From: the human T2T-CHM13v2.0 reference genome, Homo sapiens
Direction: 5' to 3' (one strand)
Length of the DNA: 64,000 bases
NCBI RefSeq assembly: GCF_009914755.1
Contig: NC_060933.1
The position numbers and the translations under genes are program-made. The notes beneath the pieces are model-generated. The model searched no databases, was not told the origin of the DNA, and saw only the letters and a program-made list of their open reading frames with translations. Of this stretch, positions 1 to 16,724 are shown piece after piece; within the stretch, counting starts at the first letter, position 1, and every line of letters begins with the position of its first letter.

Positions 1-205
1 ACTCAACTGATCCTTCCACCTCACCCTACTACATAGCTAAGCCTACAGGCATGTGCCACCATGCCTAGCCAATTTTTAAAGTTTTTTTTTGTAGAGATGG
101 GATCTCACTTTATTGCCTAGGCTGGTTTTAAACTGATTTCAAGCAGTCCTCCTGACTCAGACCCCTAATGTGGTGGGATTACAAGCATGGGTCACTCACC
201 TGGCC
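1..205 (-). mobile_element. AluJ-like SINE, cut by window start
   Basis: Diverged antisense Alu: ...gtagagatgggatctcac...gggattacaagcatgggtcactcacctggcc. Confidence 0.85.
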
Positions 206-1585
206 CACACTGTTTTGATGACTGTAGTTTTGCAGTAAGTTCTGAAACTGGAAAGGGTGAGTTTTGCAACTTTGTTCTTTTTCAATATTATTTTGGCTAT
301 TCAGGTCTCTTGCATTTTCATATGAATCTTAGAATCAGCTTGTCAATTTATGCAAAAAATATACAGCAGGGATTATGAAAGGGATTAGGTTGAATCTGTA
401 AATCAGTTTAGTGAATACTGCCACCTTAACAATATTAAGTCTTCTGATCTGGGATGTGTTTCAATTAATTTATGCTTTCTTTAAATTTTTTTAAAAATAA
501 TGTTTTGTAGTTTCCAGTGTATAATTCTTGCATTTCCTTTATTAATTTTTTGTAGTTCCTCTTTATTCATTGTATTTATTTATTATATTCTTTTTGATGC
601 TATTAGAAACTAAATTTTTGAAATTTCAGTTTTGTATGGTTAATTTACAGTATATAGAAATACAATTGATTTTTGTATATTGGTCTTCTATTCTACAACC
701 TTGCTAAACTCATTCATTAGTTCTAATAAATTTTTTTTTGTGGATTTCGTTGGGTTTTCTACGTACAACATCACATCACCTGTGAGTAGAGATAGTTTTA
801 CTTCCTTTCCAGTCTGGATGCTTTTATTTCTTCTCCTTGCCTACTTGCTCTGATTAGAATCTCCAGTACAATGGTGACTAGAAGTGGTAACAGCAAACAC
901 CTTTGTCTTGCTCCTCTTAGGGGAAAATATTCAGTCTTTCATAATTAAGTGTGATGTTAACTATGAGATGTTAGTAGATGTCCTTCATCAAATTGATAAT
1001 GTTTCCTTCTATTTCTATTTTTTCAGTGTTTCTTATTTTGAAAAGTTGTTGAATTTTGTTAGTCTATTGAGATGATCATGTGTTGTTTTTCTTCATTTCA
1101 TTAATGTGGTATATTACATTGGTTTACTTCATATGCTAAACAGACTTGGCATTTATATTATGACACACTGGTCATGGTGTATGATCCTTTTTATATATGA
1201 CTGGATTCAGTTTGTTAGTTTCAGTTGAAGATTTTTGTGTCTATATTGATAGAATGATTTGGAAACTGTTCCTTCCTCTTCTATTTTTTTTTTTTGGATG
1301 AGTTTGAGAAAGATTGTTAATTCTTCTTTAAATGTTTGGTAGAATTCACCAATGGGCCTAGACTTTACTTTGTGTAAAGTATTTTCGTTACAGATTCAAC
1401 CTCTTTATTTGTTATAGATGTATTCAGATTTTCTTTATAAATCAGTTTCAGTAGTTTGTGTCTTTCTAGGAATTTGTCCATTTTATCTAGGTTGTTTATT
1501 TTGTTGGCATACAGTTGTTCATAGTATTCCCTTATTATCCTTTTAATTTCCGTAAGGCTGAGAGTGATGCCCTCTCTTCCATTCA

Positions 1586-1780
1586 TTTTTTATTATATTT
1601 TATTATATTTTTAAAATTTAATTTAATTTTAAGTTCCGGGATACATGTGCAGGACGTGCAGGCTTGTTACATAGGTAAACGTGTGTCATGGTGGTTTGCT
1701 GCACCTATCAACCGATCACCTAGGTATTAAGCCCCACATGCATTAGTTATTTATCCTGATGTTCTCCCTCCCTGTGGCCC
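1586..1780 (-). mobile_element. 5'-truncated L1PA (about PA8-PA13) 3' end nested in the older L1
   Basis: T-rich tail then aagttccgggatacatgtgcaggacgtgcagg...ctaggtattaagccc; ccattc on both sides. Confidence 0.85.
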
Positions 1781-2412
1781 CATTCCTAGTTTTAGTAATA
1801 TGAGTATTCTCTCTCTCTTTTGGTCAGTCTAGATATAAGTTTGTCAATTTTGAATTTTCACTCTTGTTTTTATTAATATATACTCTACTTCATTTATTTT
1901 CATTCTAATCTTTATTATTTCCTTCCATTTTGCTTTGGGTTTAGTTTGCTCTCCTTTTTTCTGGTTTCTGAAAATGGAAGTTTAGGTTAGTGATTAGAGC
2001 TATTTCTTCTTTTTAAATATAGGTATTTATATAGCTATTAATCTCTCTCTAAGCACTTCTTCAGCTGCATCCATAAGTTTGGCATGTTTAATCTTTATTT
2101 TCATTTATTTCAAACTATAATTTTCCTTGTGGTATCCCTTTTGACTTACTGGTTATTAAGAGTATGTTGTTTAATTTTTACCTATTTGTGAATTTTTCAA
2201 ATTTACTTCTAATTAATTTCTAATGTCATTACATTGTGACTGATGAACATGCTTTGTATTATTTCAATCATTTAAATTTATTAAGGTTTTCATCATAGTG
2301 TATGGTTTATCCTGGAGAATGTTCCATGTGTATTTAAGAAAAACATGTATTGTGCTGTTATTGGGTGGAGTGTTCAATTAATGTCTGTTAGGTCAAGTTG
2401 GTTTATAACGTT

Positions 2413-2775
2413 TGCTTAGTCCCTTTGGGCTGCTATATAATAAAGCACCACAGACTGGATGGCTTATAGACAACAGAAGTATATTTCTCACAGTTCTGGA
2501 GGCTGGAAGTCTGAGATCAGGGTGCCAGCCTGACTGGGTCTGGTGAGCGCTCTCTTCCGGGTTGCAGATGCTGACTTCTTGCTGTACCTCTTATGTGGCA
2601 GCAAGATGATGAGATAGCTCTCTGGTGTCCTTTTTATAATGGCACTAATACTATTCATGAGGACCTCACCCTCATCATCTAATTACCTCCCTAAAGCCCC
2701 ATCTCCTAATGCCATCACACTGGGGGTTAGAGTTTCAACATATACATTTTTGGAGGACACATTCAGTTTATTGCA
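2413..2775 (-). mobile_element. MLT1A/MLT1A0 solo LTR (ERVL-MaLR)
   Basis: cttagtcc...ggctgctat...tttctcacagttctggaggctggaagtctgagatcagggtgccagc...cacattcagt. Confidence 0.85.
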
Positions 2776-3126
2776 GTATTTTTCAAGTCTCCTATTTTCT
2801 TATTGAAACTGGGTAACTGAAACCTCCAACCATGATTACTGAATTATCCATTTCTTCCTTTAATCCTGCAAGTTTTTGCTTCATGGATTTTGGGACTCTG
2901 GTATTAGATGCTTATATGTTTATAATTGTTAGGTCTTTTATCATCATAAAAATCTTCTTTGTCTTAAAGTCTATCTTGTCTTCTATTAATATGGGTCTCT
3001 GGCCCTCTTTTGGTTACTGTTGGGTGGTATCTTCTTACTTTTAACCTCTTTGTATCTTTAATCTAAAGTGTGTCTCTTGTAGACACAATAGAGTTGGATC
3101 TGTTTTTTTTAAAAATCCATTCTGTT

Positions 3127-3616
<490 letters not shown>

Positions 3617-4234
3617 CTATACCTCTAAGGCTGTTTAAAAAAATCTCTTAATTCTCTTGCCATTCTTTTGCTATATATTTTGAATTATTTTCTTAGAAGT
3701 TGCACTGGGGATAACAATTAATATTAATTAATTTATAATTAATAAAGTAATCTAGTTTGGATTAAAACCAATTAAATTTTATAGTATATAAAACTTTGCT
3801 GATGGACCGTATTTAATGTAATATTATTCTTTTCAGGAAAGTTAAGTTGTTAAGTATGATTTATTTTTTATACCTTTTTAGGACTTTTCATATCATTCTA
3901 TGTCAGGCCATGTATTTCTTACTTCAAATAATTTCTAATGTAGTTGAGGAGAAAACCAAACATATGTGAAAAGTCAGATGGCAGTCAAATCTTTAAATAC
4001 TAATTCAAGGCAATAACAGATATGAGTAACAACTCTAGACAGAAAATGTGTAGTGGCTTCATGACAGGGTATTTCAGAAGATCAGTTGATGTGAAACCCA
4101 TGGCCCAAGTTAGTCAAGGAAGACTTCATGGATTTGCAATTTGACCTTAGTATATGTGGAAGTGTACAAACTCATTGATATGTAAAGAAAATAAATGGGA
4201 ACTCACCAAGCTAGCTTCTGACTTTTCAGTGAGG

Positions 4235-4330
4235 TCATCTGTCTACTTCTGTATCCACAGCACCTACAACACTGCCTTACACATTGTAGGTGCTCAGAAA
4301 ATATTTATCAAATGATCAGATGAATGCATT
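4235..4330 (+). mobile_element. L2 3'-end fragment
   Basis: acacattgtaggtgctcagaaaatatttatcaaatga resembles the L2 terminus. Confidence 0.6.
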
Positions 4331-4428
4331 TGGTTGAATAAATCAGTTAGGTATGGAATTGGAGCTTTGCAAGAGAGGACATATATTCTGGAGCATCAGC
4401 TTTGGACCATTTGCTAGGTAATCGATAA

Positions 4429-5040
<612 letters not shown>

Positions 5041-5389
5041 TGAAACATCTAACAGGGTTTTTATTTCTTAGTTTCCTATATTTAATTCTTTTTTTCCCTA
5101 TATTTAATTCTTGACTCTCTATGGTAGTCAACCTCAGAAAATTTCAATACTTTCAAGAATTATCACATGAACAGAATTTAAGGTTTTAAGCATTTTTTTT
5201 TTTTGCTCTTTAATGTGATCTGTTGTTAACAATTACCATAAATCTTTACTTAAGATTTACTTTAAGAGACTTGCACCACCCTTCTATTTTTTGGTCATTA
5301 GAGACTTTCTAGCGAAAATGCTAGAAAGCTAAATGAAGACTAAAAGGCTGCTTTCTGGTTTAAATTCATCTGTACCTGCAGTTGCAAAG

Positions 5390-5404
5390 CCAGTAGAGGG
5401 AGCA
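5390..5404 (+). promoter_or_regulatory. Candidate CTCF site
   Basis: CCAGTAGAGGGAGCA is close to the core CCASYAGRKGGCRS, in apparently non-repeat DNA; CTGCAG lies upstream at 5376-5381. Confidence 0.55.
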
Positions 5405-5515
5405 GTGTACCTATTCTTTGATTTCTGGAATTGCAACTACTTGGATGGACTGAATTTCAAACAATCTGCATAATCAAGACTATTTCACCCAGAGAGAGGG
5501 AGTCAGGGGCTACAA

Positions 5516-5547
5516 TTTGTTTGTTTGTTTGTTTGTTTGTTTGTTTT
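5516..5547. repeat. (TTTG)n microsatellite
   Basis: Direct reading. Confidence 0.9.
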
Positions 5548-5754
5548 GGCAATCATGGCTTTATGTTAGGGTATTAGCAGAGTTACAGAGTTGCTTTATT
5601 ACATTGAAGAACTTTGATGAGGTTGCTGTGTGAGGACTGTTCTTCCATTTTGCTTCCTTTAACTAAAAGTCATTTGAGCATTTTGTACCAAGTCCACAAA
5701 AAGCTGGCTGAGTAAACTCATCAGGTGGATTAGATTCTCGGTATTCAGGATAGC

Positions 5755-5944
5755 TTGCGCAACCGGGTGGGCATGTTCGCTAATCCCTGCAACTTTGATG
5801 TGGCTGCAGAGTGGGAGCTGGGATGAGTTCTTCCTCCCTGACTCACTGGTTTCCACTCCACGAGACTCCAAAGTCTGTCCCGCACTGTCTCTCTAGCTGA
5901 CTTAGCAGAGATAGGACCCCTCCTGTTCTATCTCATCTGACTCA
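5755..5944. promoter_or_regulatory. Candidate bZIP enhancer (C/EBP, two AP-1, ARE/MARE)
   Basis: TTGCGCAA 5755-5762; TGACTCA 5839-5845 and 5938-5944; GCTGACTTAGCA 5896-5907. Confidence 0.5.
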
Positions 5945-6157
5945 CTCCCACGGAGTTATTTTTCCTTAGCGACAGGGCCATGGGCCGAGCAAAGGAGGCA
6001 GCACTCCTGTCTCACCACTCCACCCCCTTTAACAACTGTTGTTTTATGTAACATTTTACTTGTCTTTTCACCATTGGATTCTCCCCGTGTTTCTAGCTAC
6101 CAGCTCATAGCTTAGGTGGGGTTCTTTTCTTTGTCTTCACTTACCTTTTTTCATTGA

Positions 6158-6520
<363 letters not shown>

Positions 6521-7794
6521 ATGGTATTCAATTATTTTGACAGTAGCTCTTGGTCTTGTGATGTCGCTTCCATTTCTTCAACAGGTATTTATGTCTTTCC
6601 ATTTCTTTTTGTTTTTGTTTATGCCTTCTCTCTCCAGCTAGAATGTGAAATAATACCTGTGGCTGAAAAGAAGCTCTTTTGACCCAGGATCCTGGTCCTC
6701 TGCATAACAGTCAAGACCATTCTCATTTGCCTGAAAGTGTTTTAGAGAAGAAAGAGAAATTCAGGACCAATCAGCAATTCCCTTTTCCACTCTTATGAAG
6801 AAAGAAAAAGGATTTGTGTTATTTGAGATTTAAGTTACTTCCTTTTTTCCTATGACAGGTTTTGGTAAATGCCCAGCTCCAATAATACGTTAACATTTTC
6901 AGAGTCAATCTGGGTTATAAGTAAATAAACTCCATTTTGATCTTGTTCTCGTTGGTTCTTTTTTACTGTCACTTTTAGGCCTTTTTTGAAAGGAGAGAGA
7001 GACATTCTCTACCAGGTCAGAATCTGCCCTATGCTTATTCCAGATCAGTATGCTTGGTCCAATACTCAATCACTAATCACTTACGTGACACGCTGTGTGA
7101 GTGAGACTAACTTTTGGCTATTCTTAAAGTATAGCTACAGTGAAAACATCATTAGGAATGCCTCTGGCTACTGTATTCAGAAAAGATACTAAGTATAAGA
7201 ATTTTGGAAAGTCAGCTTTATCCTTTAAAAAGGTGATAGTTTGTGATTCCATTTGCTTTACTCTTATTTTGCACTCTGTTCAGAGATCAAGAAGGGAACT
7301 GGTTACCATTTATTGGTGCCTCTCAAGCCCCTCCATGCCAAGATAAGATGGGAAAAGTTGAGTTTTGAGGATTTGGGGAAGTCGAGTAAGTCTGGTGAGT
7401 AGAGTGGGGAAAGCCCAAGGTTAAGGCTGTCGTGGTTAGCGATGGAAGAACTGAGGTAGAGAGCCTGGAATGAGGGATCAGATAATGAGAGGAGGATTCC
7501 AAGTGTGGCTGATGCCAATGGGGGGTGAAGACAGAAGTCTAAGGAGTTATGGAGAGTAAGGACAAAAAATGAAAGTGCCATGTCTGAAGAATCATTACTA
7601 TTGACTTGAGAGTCTTCAAGTTTGGTGAAAGAATTTCAATGAAGCATTCTACTCTCAGAAATTGAGATCTTACTACTGCTTTAGTGACTATTTTATCTGA
7701 TATTTTTATAGCAACTCTATCATTCATTTTGTTGGTACATGCTTATATATATTTTCCCATGTTATTCAAATGTTGTATGTCCTTTGGTTTTAGA

Positions 7795-8355
7795 TGTTGG
7801 ATAGAGTGAGTTCTAAATTTCTCTTCAAAGAATCACTATGTCAGTATGGTCAGTTCTTTGTCCTCCATTTTTAAGTTTAACTTCCTCGTAGTTTCAGTAA
7901 ACAACATTTTCCGCCAGTTTTAATCAGTAGTTCACATCTGTTCCCCTGGTCACCTGCTCCATCCTGACTCATCCTGGTTACCTTTTTTGACCTGAATCAC
8001 CTGTGGTCACCTAAGTCTGACTTAAGTCACCTTTAGTCACCTGTTCCGTAATTGTCCTTCCCACAAAACTACTGACCCCACTACTCTGGCTCATACCCCT
8101 GCTCTCTTTAAAATAGCCTATCAGAATTAGCTTAGACTGTATGGTCCAAGCCTGCCATTAGGGGAACGACACAGCAATAGGGACTACCTGTGTCGGGAAT
8201 AAGAACCCCTTCCCCTCCCTTTTTCAGGTGTGCTCTTGCCATTACTCCATTTGACAGTCATACCCTTCTATAGAAGTAAAAATTGCCTTGCTGAGAAAAT
8301 TATGTTCAAGTGCTATTTCTTTGTGGCACTGAGAACAAGCATTTCATTTCTAACA
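7795..8355 (+). mobile_element. LTR10A-like solo LTR (ERV1)
   Basis: TG...CA termini; gagttctaaatttctcttcaaagaatc start; internal ~29-bp ggtcacct repeats containing TGACTCA. Confidence 0.8.
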
Positions 8356-8444
8356 TAGGTAAACCTGGCTTCTTTTACTTTTTAAAAATCCGGTTTTGTT
8401 TTCATTTTCTTTTATACTTAGTCCATTTAGCCTTATTGTAGACT

Positions 8445-8766
8445 TTGTCTTTTGTTTTTTTTTTCTTTTTTTTGAGACAGAGTCTCACTCTGTTGCCCTG
8501 ACTGGAGTGCAGTGGTGATGCAATCTTGGCTTACTGCAACCTCTGCCTCCTGGGTTCAAGCAATTCTCTGCCTCAGCCTCCCAAATAGCTGGGATTGCAG
8601 GTGCAACAGGCGTGCGCCACCACACCCGGCTAATTTTTTGTCTTTTTAATGGAAATGGGGTTTCACCATGTTAGCCAGGCTGGTCTCGAACTCCTGACCT
8701 CAGATGATCCGCCCACCTCTACCTCCCAAAGTGCTGGGATTACAGGCATGAGTCACTGTGCCTGGC
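8445..8766 (-). mobile_element. AluS with two small internal insertions
   Basis: Antisense dimeric Alu. Confidence 0.95.
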
Positions 8767-8769
8767 TAC

Positions 8770-9287
8770 CATTTATATTTGAAAAGAATATTTGCTAGAA
8801 CTAGGGATCCAGGTTTTTGGTTATCTTCTTTCTTTTAGTTCTTTGTCTCTTCTGGTGTCCAGTGGATGGATATTAAGAAGTAAGCCATCAGTCTTTTCAT
8901 CATTTCTCTGTGGGTAAGTCTCTCTTTTCTCTCTGGCTGCTTTAAACACTTTCTTTGTCTTCTTTGATGTTCTTTAGTTTCACTGTGCTATGTCTAGGCA
9001 CCCATATCTTTGGGTTTCATTGATTGCAGTAATTTGAGGATTGGTATCTTTCACTAATTCTGAAAAATTTCAGCCATGATCTCTCTTAAATTTTTTTTCT
9101 TCTAAAATTTTTTAAAATGACAAATAAAAATTGCATATATTTATGGTATACAATGTGATGTTTCAATATATGTATACATTGTGCAATTAAGCTAGTTAAC
9201 ATATTCATTGCTTCATGATTTTTGTGGCAAGAACATTTAAGATCTACTCTCTTAGCAATTTTTAAGTATACAATAGATTATTATAAA
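8770..9287 (-). mobile_element. Old L1 fragments (L1ME-like body; L1MA-like 3' end about 9100-9287)
   Basis: aagaacatttaagatctactctcttagcaattt is a typical antisense L1MA 3' UTR. Confidence 0.7.
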
Positions 9288-9762
9288 TGTGAAAGGAACA
9301 TAAATCTTCGGGCCCCCAAATCACTAAGCTAAAGGGAAAAGTCAAGCTGGGAACTGCTTAGGGCCAACCTGCCTGCCATTCTATTCAAAGTCATCCCTCT
9401 GCTCGCTGAGATAGAAGCAATATCTGATTGCCTCCTTTGGAAAGGCTAATCAGAAACTCAAAAGAATGCAACTGTTCGTCTCTCACCTATCTGTGACTTG
9501 GAAGCCCCCTCCCACTGCTTTGAGTCTTCCTGCCTTTGCTTCAAGTTGTCCTGCCTTTCCAGACCGAACTAATGTCCTTCTTATATACATACTGATTGAT
9601 GTCTCACGTCTCCCTAAAATGTATAAAATGAAGCTGTGCCCCAACCACCTTGGGCACATGTTGTCAGGACTTCCTGAGGCTGTGTCACAGGTGCATCTTC
9701 AACGCTGGCAAAATAGACTTTCTAAACTAACTGAGACCTGTCTCAGGTTTTCTGGGTTCGCG
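9288..9762 (+). mobile_element. MER4A1-like solo LTR (ERV1)
   Basis: tgtgaaagga...aaatcactaagctaaagggaaaagtcaagctgggaactgcttaggg. Confidence 0.85.
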
Positions 9763-10321
9763 CTAACTACAGCCATCATACAGTCATTTTCCGTTTAAGT
9801 AACGTCTCCTTTATTCTCTCTCAGAATTGCTTCTGCAAGTACTTTAAACCAAATTCTCCACTGAAGCTGTTTTGGACTATCAAAGCTCTGTAAATTGGTA
9901 CCACACACTGTAGGAGGGCCAGGTGGCTCTTTGCTCTTAGAGGAGATTTTCCTTTCTCTCCCTTCCCTTCGGCATCAAGGATAGGATAGGCCAGTTCCTC
10001 TTTTATCTTTCCAGGGCGGGTGTTGCTGGGGCCTCAGCATCAAGCAGGGATCTTCCATCACTTTTCTACCTAGGCAGGACCTGGGCGCCACCACCTGTCT
10101 CCCTCATTGCACGGCTGCCGGCCACTTGCAGACATGAAAGTGGCAACTCAATGACTAGGGATGTACAGAGAACTTGAGTGTAGTCTACTCCCTTCCCCCA
10201 AGGGTTGCTAGCAAGTTAAGTGACATATGTACAGAAATTCTGGGTGGCCTTGGTTGATTGAAAGAGGCAAAGGAGAAGGCAGTGATTTCAAGGCTCTGAT
10301 TAACAGACAATTAAACCGAAG

Positions 10322-11007
<686 letters not shown>

Positions 11008-12199
11008 CCAATGATAAGCCTTTTCCAATCAAATGCTGGATCTTTGGGGGACATAGATTCCTGAATGTAGCTCAGAGTTACTTGACACTTCCTTTGATGA
11101 GAAAACCATAGACTTTTAGAATTGACCACTAGTTGAAGTGTGGTAGTTCAAACTTGGCATACCATCATCCATACAGCAGAACGGGGCTCTATAAATAAGA
11201 GGTTAATTAGAAACTTTTATTTCTATTCTAGGTAAGCTTTCTAAACAAATAGAGTACAGTTTGTGTGTGTGTGTGTCAAGTTGACTTTTCTTTGGATCAG
11301 ATGTAATCTCAATCCTTTTTTCTTTCTAATTGTTAGAATTGTGTTTATACTGGCTTAAACTGTGCATATTATTTATGGCAGAAATCATTTGTAAGTGCAG
11401 TCTTATTCATCAACAATACTTAATAGTTTCTGTAAACATTTCAGGATGTAAATTAAATATCACTTGCCACTTGACTACATTTCTTTTGGTAACTTGTGCC
11501 AAATAAGTTTTGACCATATCTAAAGAAACATTTTGTTGTGGTTTGTTCTTTTGGAATATTTTATGTATACTTTGGCAGTTAATGAAAAGAGATACACTCC
11601 ATGAAGATTTAAGAATTTACATCTTCATATTGTCCTAATATATGACTCAAAAGAGACACATAAGTACAAGGAAGAATTGTAAGTGAATCAATGGTTTTTA
11701 CTTAGTACAGTAAAACAAATGAAAACGTGGCCTCAATTGCTGTCTGCTATTTGTACTACTTAAATCATGAACTGTGGTGAATTTCCCGTTTTCAGTTACA
11801 CTTCTCATGTAACAAACTAGTAATTATGAAATCATCATTTTTAACACTATTGGCCACATGCACACTTTGCAATTACATCTGATTCTTTTGAGACTTTGTA
11901 TATTTAACTTTAGGTAATTCTTTTATTATTCCATCTTGTGGGCGTCAGCTCTATAATCATACTTAGTAAAAGTGAGAAGCAAATATATGTAAACAAATAC
12001 ATGGTGCCCGTTGAACAGAGCGGAGTCCTTAAAAATTTAACCAATCTCTTAACAATATCCTGATCAGAGAACCGCTTAGGCATTGGGCAATATGGCTGAA
12101 TAAGCAATCTGAGTACTGCATATTATTTTAGATATTAGTATAATTTCTCACATGTGAGCCACATGTTTTAAACATTTATTTTGAAATAAACATATTTTG

Positions 12200-12312
12200 T
12201 CCACTGGAATATAAAGTCCATGAGGGCAGGGACTTTGTCTATCTTGTTCATCACTGAATTTCTATTTTGGGACATAGTAGTTACTCAGTCAAAATTCATT
12301 CAACGAACAAAC
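12200..12312 (+). mobile_element. L2 3'-end fragment
   Basis: ccatgagggcagggactttgtctatcttgttca...acatagtag. Confidence 0.7.
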
Positions 12313-12616
12313 TAATACTTAATTAGGAAGTAATTAATAGCGAAAAATATCTTAGGAAAAACAGAGGGCATCAAATGCCATATTAATTTCAGTCAATATT
12401 TACTCACAACTATTGGTTTAATGTATTTTGTGGCTACAGGGTTAGGTGCAGATTTAAAGCAAGGATGTTTTTCTGCCTTATTGTTTCATTTATCCTTAAA
12501 TAATGACCCTCTTTTTCAATTTGTAATAATAATTATTTTTGTCTTAATGTGTCTTTGTCTAATGTTGCTATGCTGGCTTCTTTCTTTCCTCATCTTGCCC
12601 ACCTCCTCTCTCCCTT

Positions 12617-12936
<320 letters not shown>

Positions 12937-13099
12937 CCTTCTTTCCTTTCCTTTCTGCCCCCTCTTTTTTTTTTCTTAGTCTTCGTCTCGTATGTCCTCT
13001 TTCACCTTTTTTCATTCTTTCACTCTTGACCCTCTTGAGCTGCTCTAGGCATGTTTATAGAAAAGAGCATATATTGCTGGGTTTTTTGGGGTCTGTTCC

Positions 13100-15123
<2,024 letters not shown>

Positions 15124-15954
15124 GTAAACCTATCCATATGGGATTCATTAAACTAGTATTAAAACCAAATACACATGTGGTAGAAAAATTTGGGTATTTC
15201 GCCGTCTCAAAAAAAGAGTTGTTTTGTATTTCCTAAGATGCATACAGTGCCTTCAGAGCAATCTTTCTATCAGCTACATGGTTGTGGTGCCTTAACCATG
15301 TGAATATTACATATTTAAACCTTATACACATGTGAATGGGTACCTGGAGTTTTGACTTCCCAGAGGTGATGTATTGTCAACCCAAGCCCCTGCAGAGGTG
15401 GCAGGCTTTCTATCTGCTTTCACAGTCAGGTGGGAGGAGCTATTCTAGGCTCCATGCTTTACATGGGATATACAATTACAACTCTTCCCCCTTCTACAGA
15501 TATTGTGTCTCCTTTCTCCACGGAAGCATTAGGATCCAGTGCTGAGCTTCTAGGGCCTACGATTGAATTTGAGACTGCTGGTCGGTCACCTCTGGTCTGG
15601 CCTTGATTTCTGTTTATTTGGCAAACAGGAATTTTCTGATTTTTTTTTTTTTTTGGCATGGCTACGTGTTAATTTTTTGTGTTTTTTGCTACTTTTTACT
15701 CATTACTTCTATACATTCATAGTGAGAGGGAAGTTCCTTCACAACATGGGAAGTAATGTTCTTGAAAATCCAATTAGTCTCAGAGGTTTTTATATTTGGT
15801 TCTGCCCTATTCCTTGGTCTTTCTTTGTGTTTCTTTGTTATCTAAATTATTTAGTCTTTGCCATTGTTGCTTGCCATTGAAAAACTCTAAGATTCTGAGT
15901 ATGATATGTTTTAAATATGCTTCATTGTCTTAAAAAGTTAGCATTTAGTACATT

Positions 15955-16037
15955 ATATATGTACATATATATCCATTCTATCTATATCTATTATATCTCT
16001 ATGTCTATATCTATATCATCTATACCTATATCTATAT
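15955..16037. repeat. Degenerate (TATC/TA)n repeat
   Basis: Direct reading. Confidence 0.75.
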
Positions 16038-16275
16038 GAGACAGTACGAGTGACCTCTCTCTTTTTTATCCAGATGCCTTTTGCCTGGTATTCCCCTTAA
16101 ATGCGTATCTTCTTACAAAAGTCAAATTTGTTTAAAATTATCCCCCTGAAGGAATTTTTTTTTTGAGAAAGTGGGCATAAACCTTGAAATGACAACTGTT
16201 TGTTTTTATTCTTATTAATTCTGAAAGTTGAAACTAAGGATTTTAAGGATATCAGTACCCAAAGGCTAAACTACC

Positions 16276-16295
16276 ACACACACACACACACACAC
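16276..16295. repeat. (CA)n microsatellite
   Basis: Direct reading. Confidence 0.9.
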
Positions 16296-16375
16296 CCCGC
16301 TCCCCTCCCCAACCAAATACCACTCACCTTGCAGGACCATTAGGTCTTAAGGATGTTATTGTTTTGGGTAATTAA

Positions 16376-16724
<349 letters not shown>

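Noticed and set aside
5659-5871. 70-aa minus-strand ORF in non-repeat DNA
   Set aside because: Non-ATG start, no recognisable homology and no convincing splice sites; better read as a regulatory region
7948-8040. Regularly spaced GGTCACC repeats, superficially CRISPR-like
   Set aside because: Internal tandem repeat of the LTR10A-like element; eukaryotic context, no unique spacers or cas genes
11930-12120. Non-repeat stretch with several CpGs and a 65-aa ORF
   Set aside because: No splice signals, protein similarity or motif cluster I could support; conservation data would be needed
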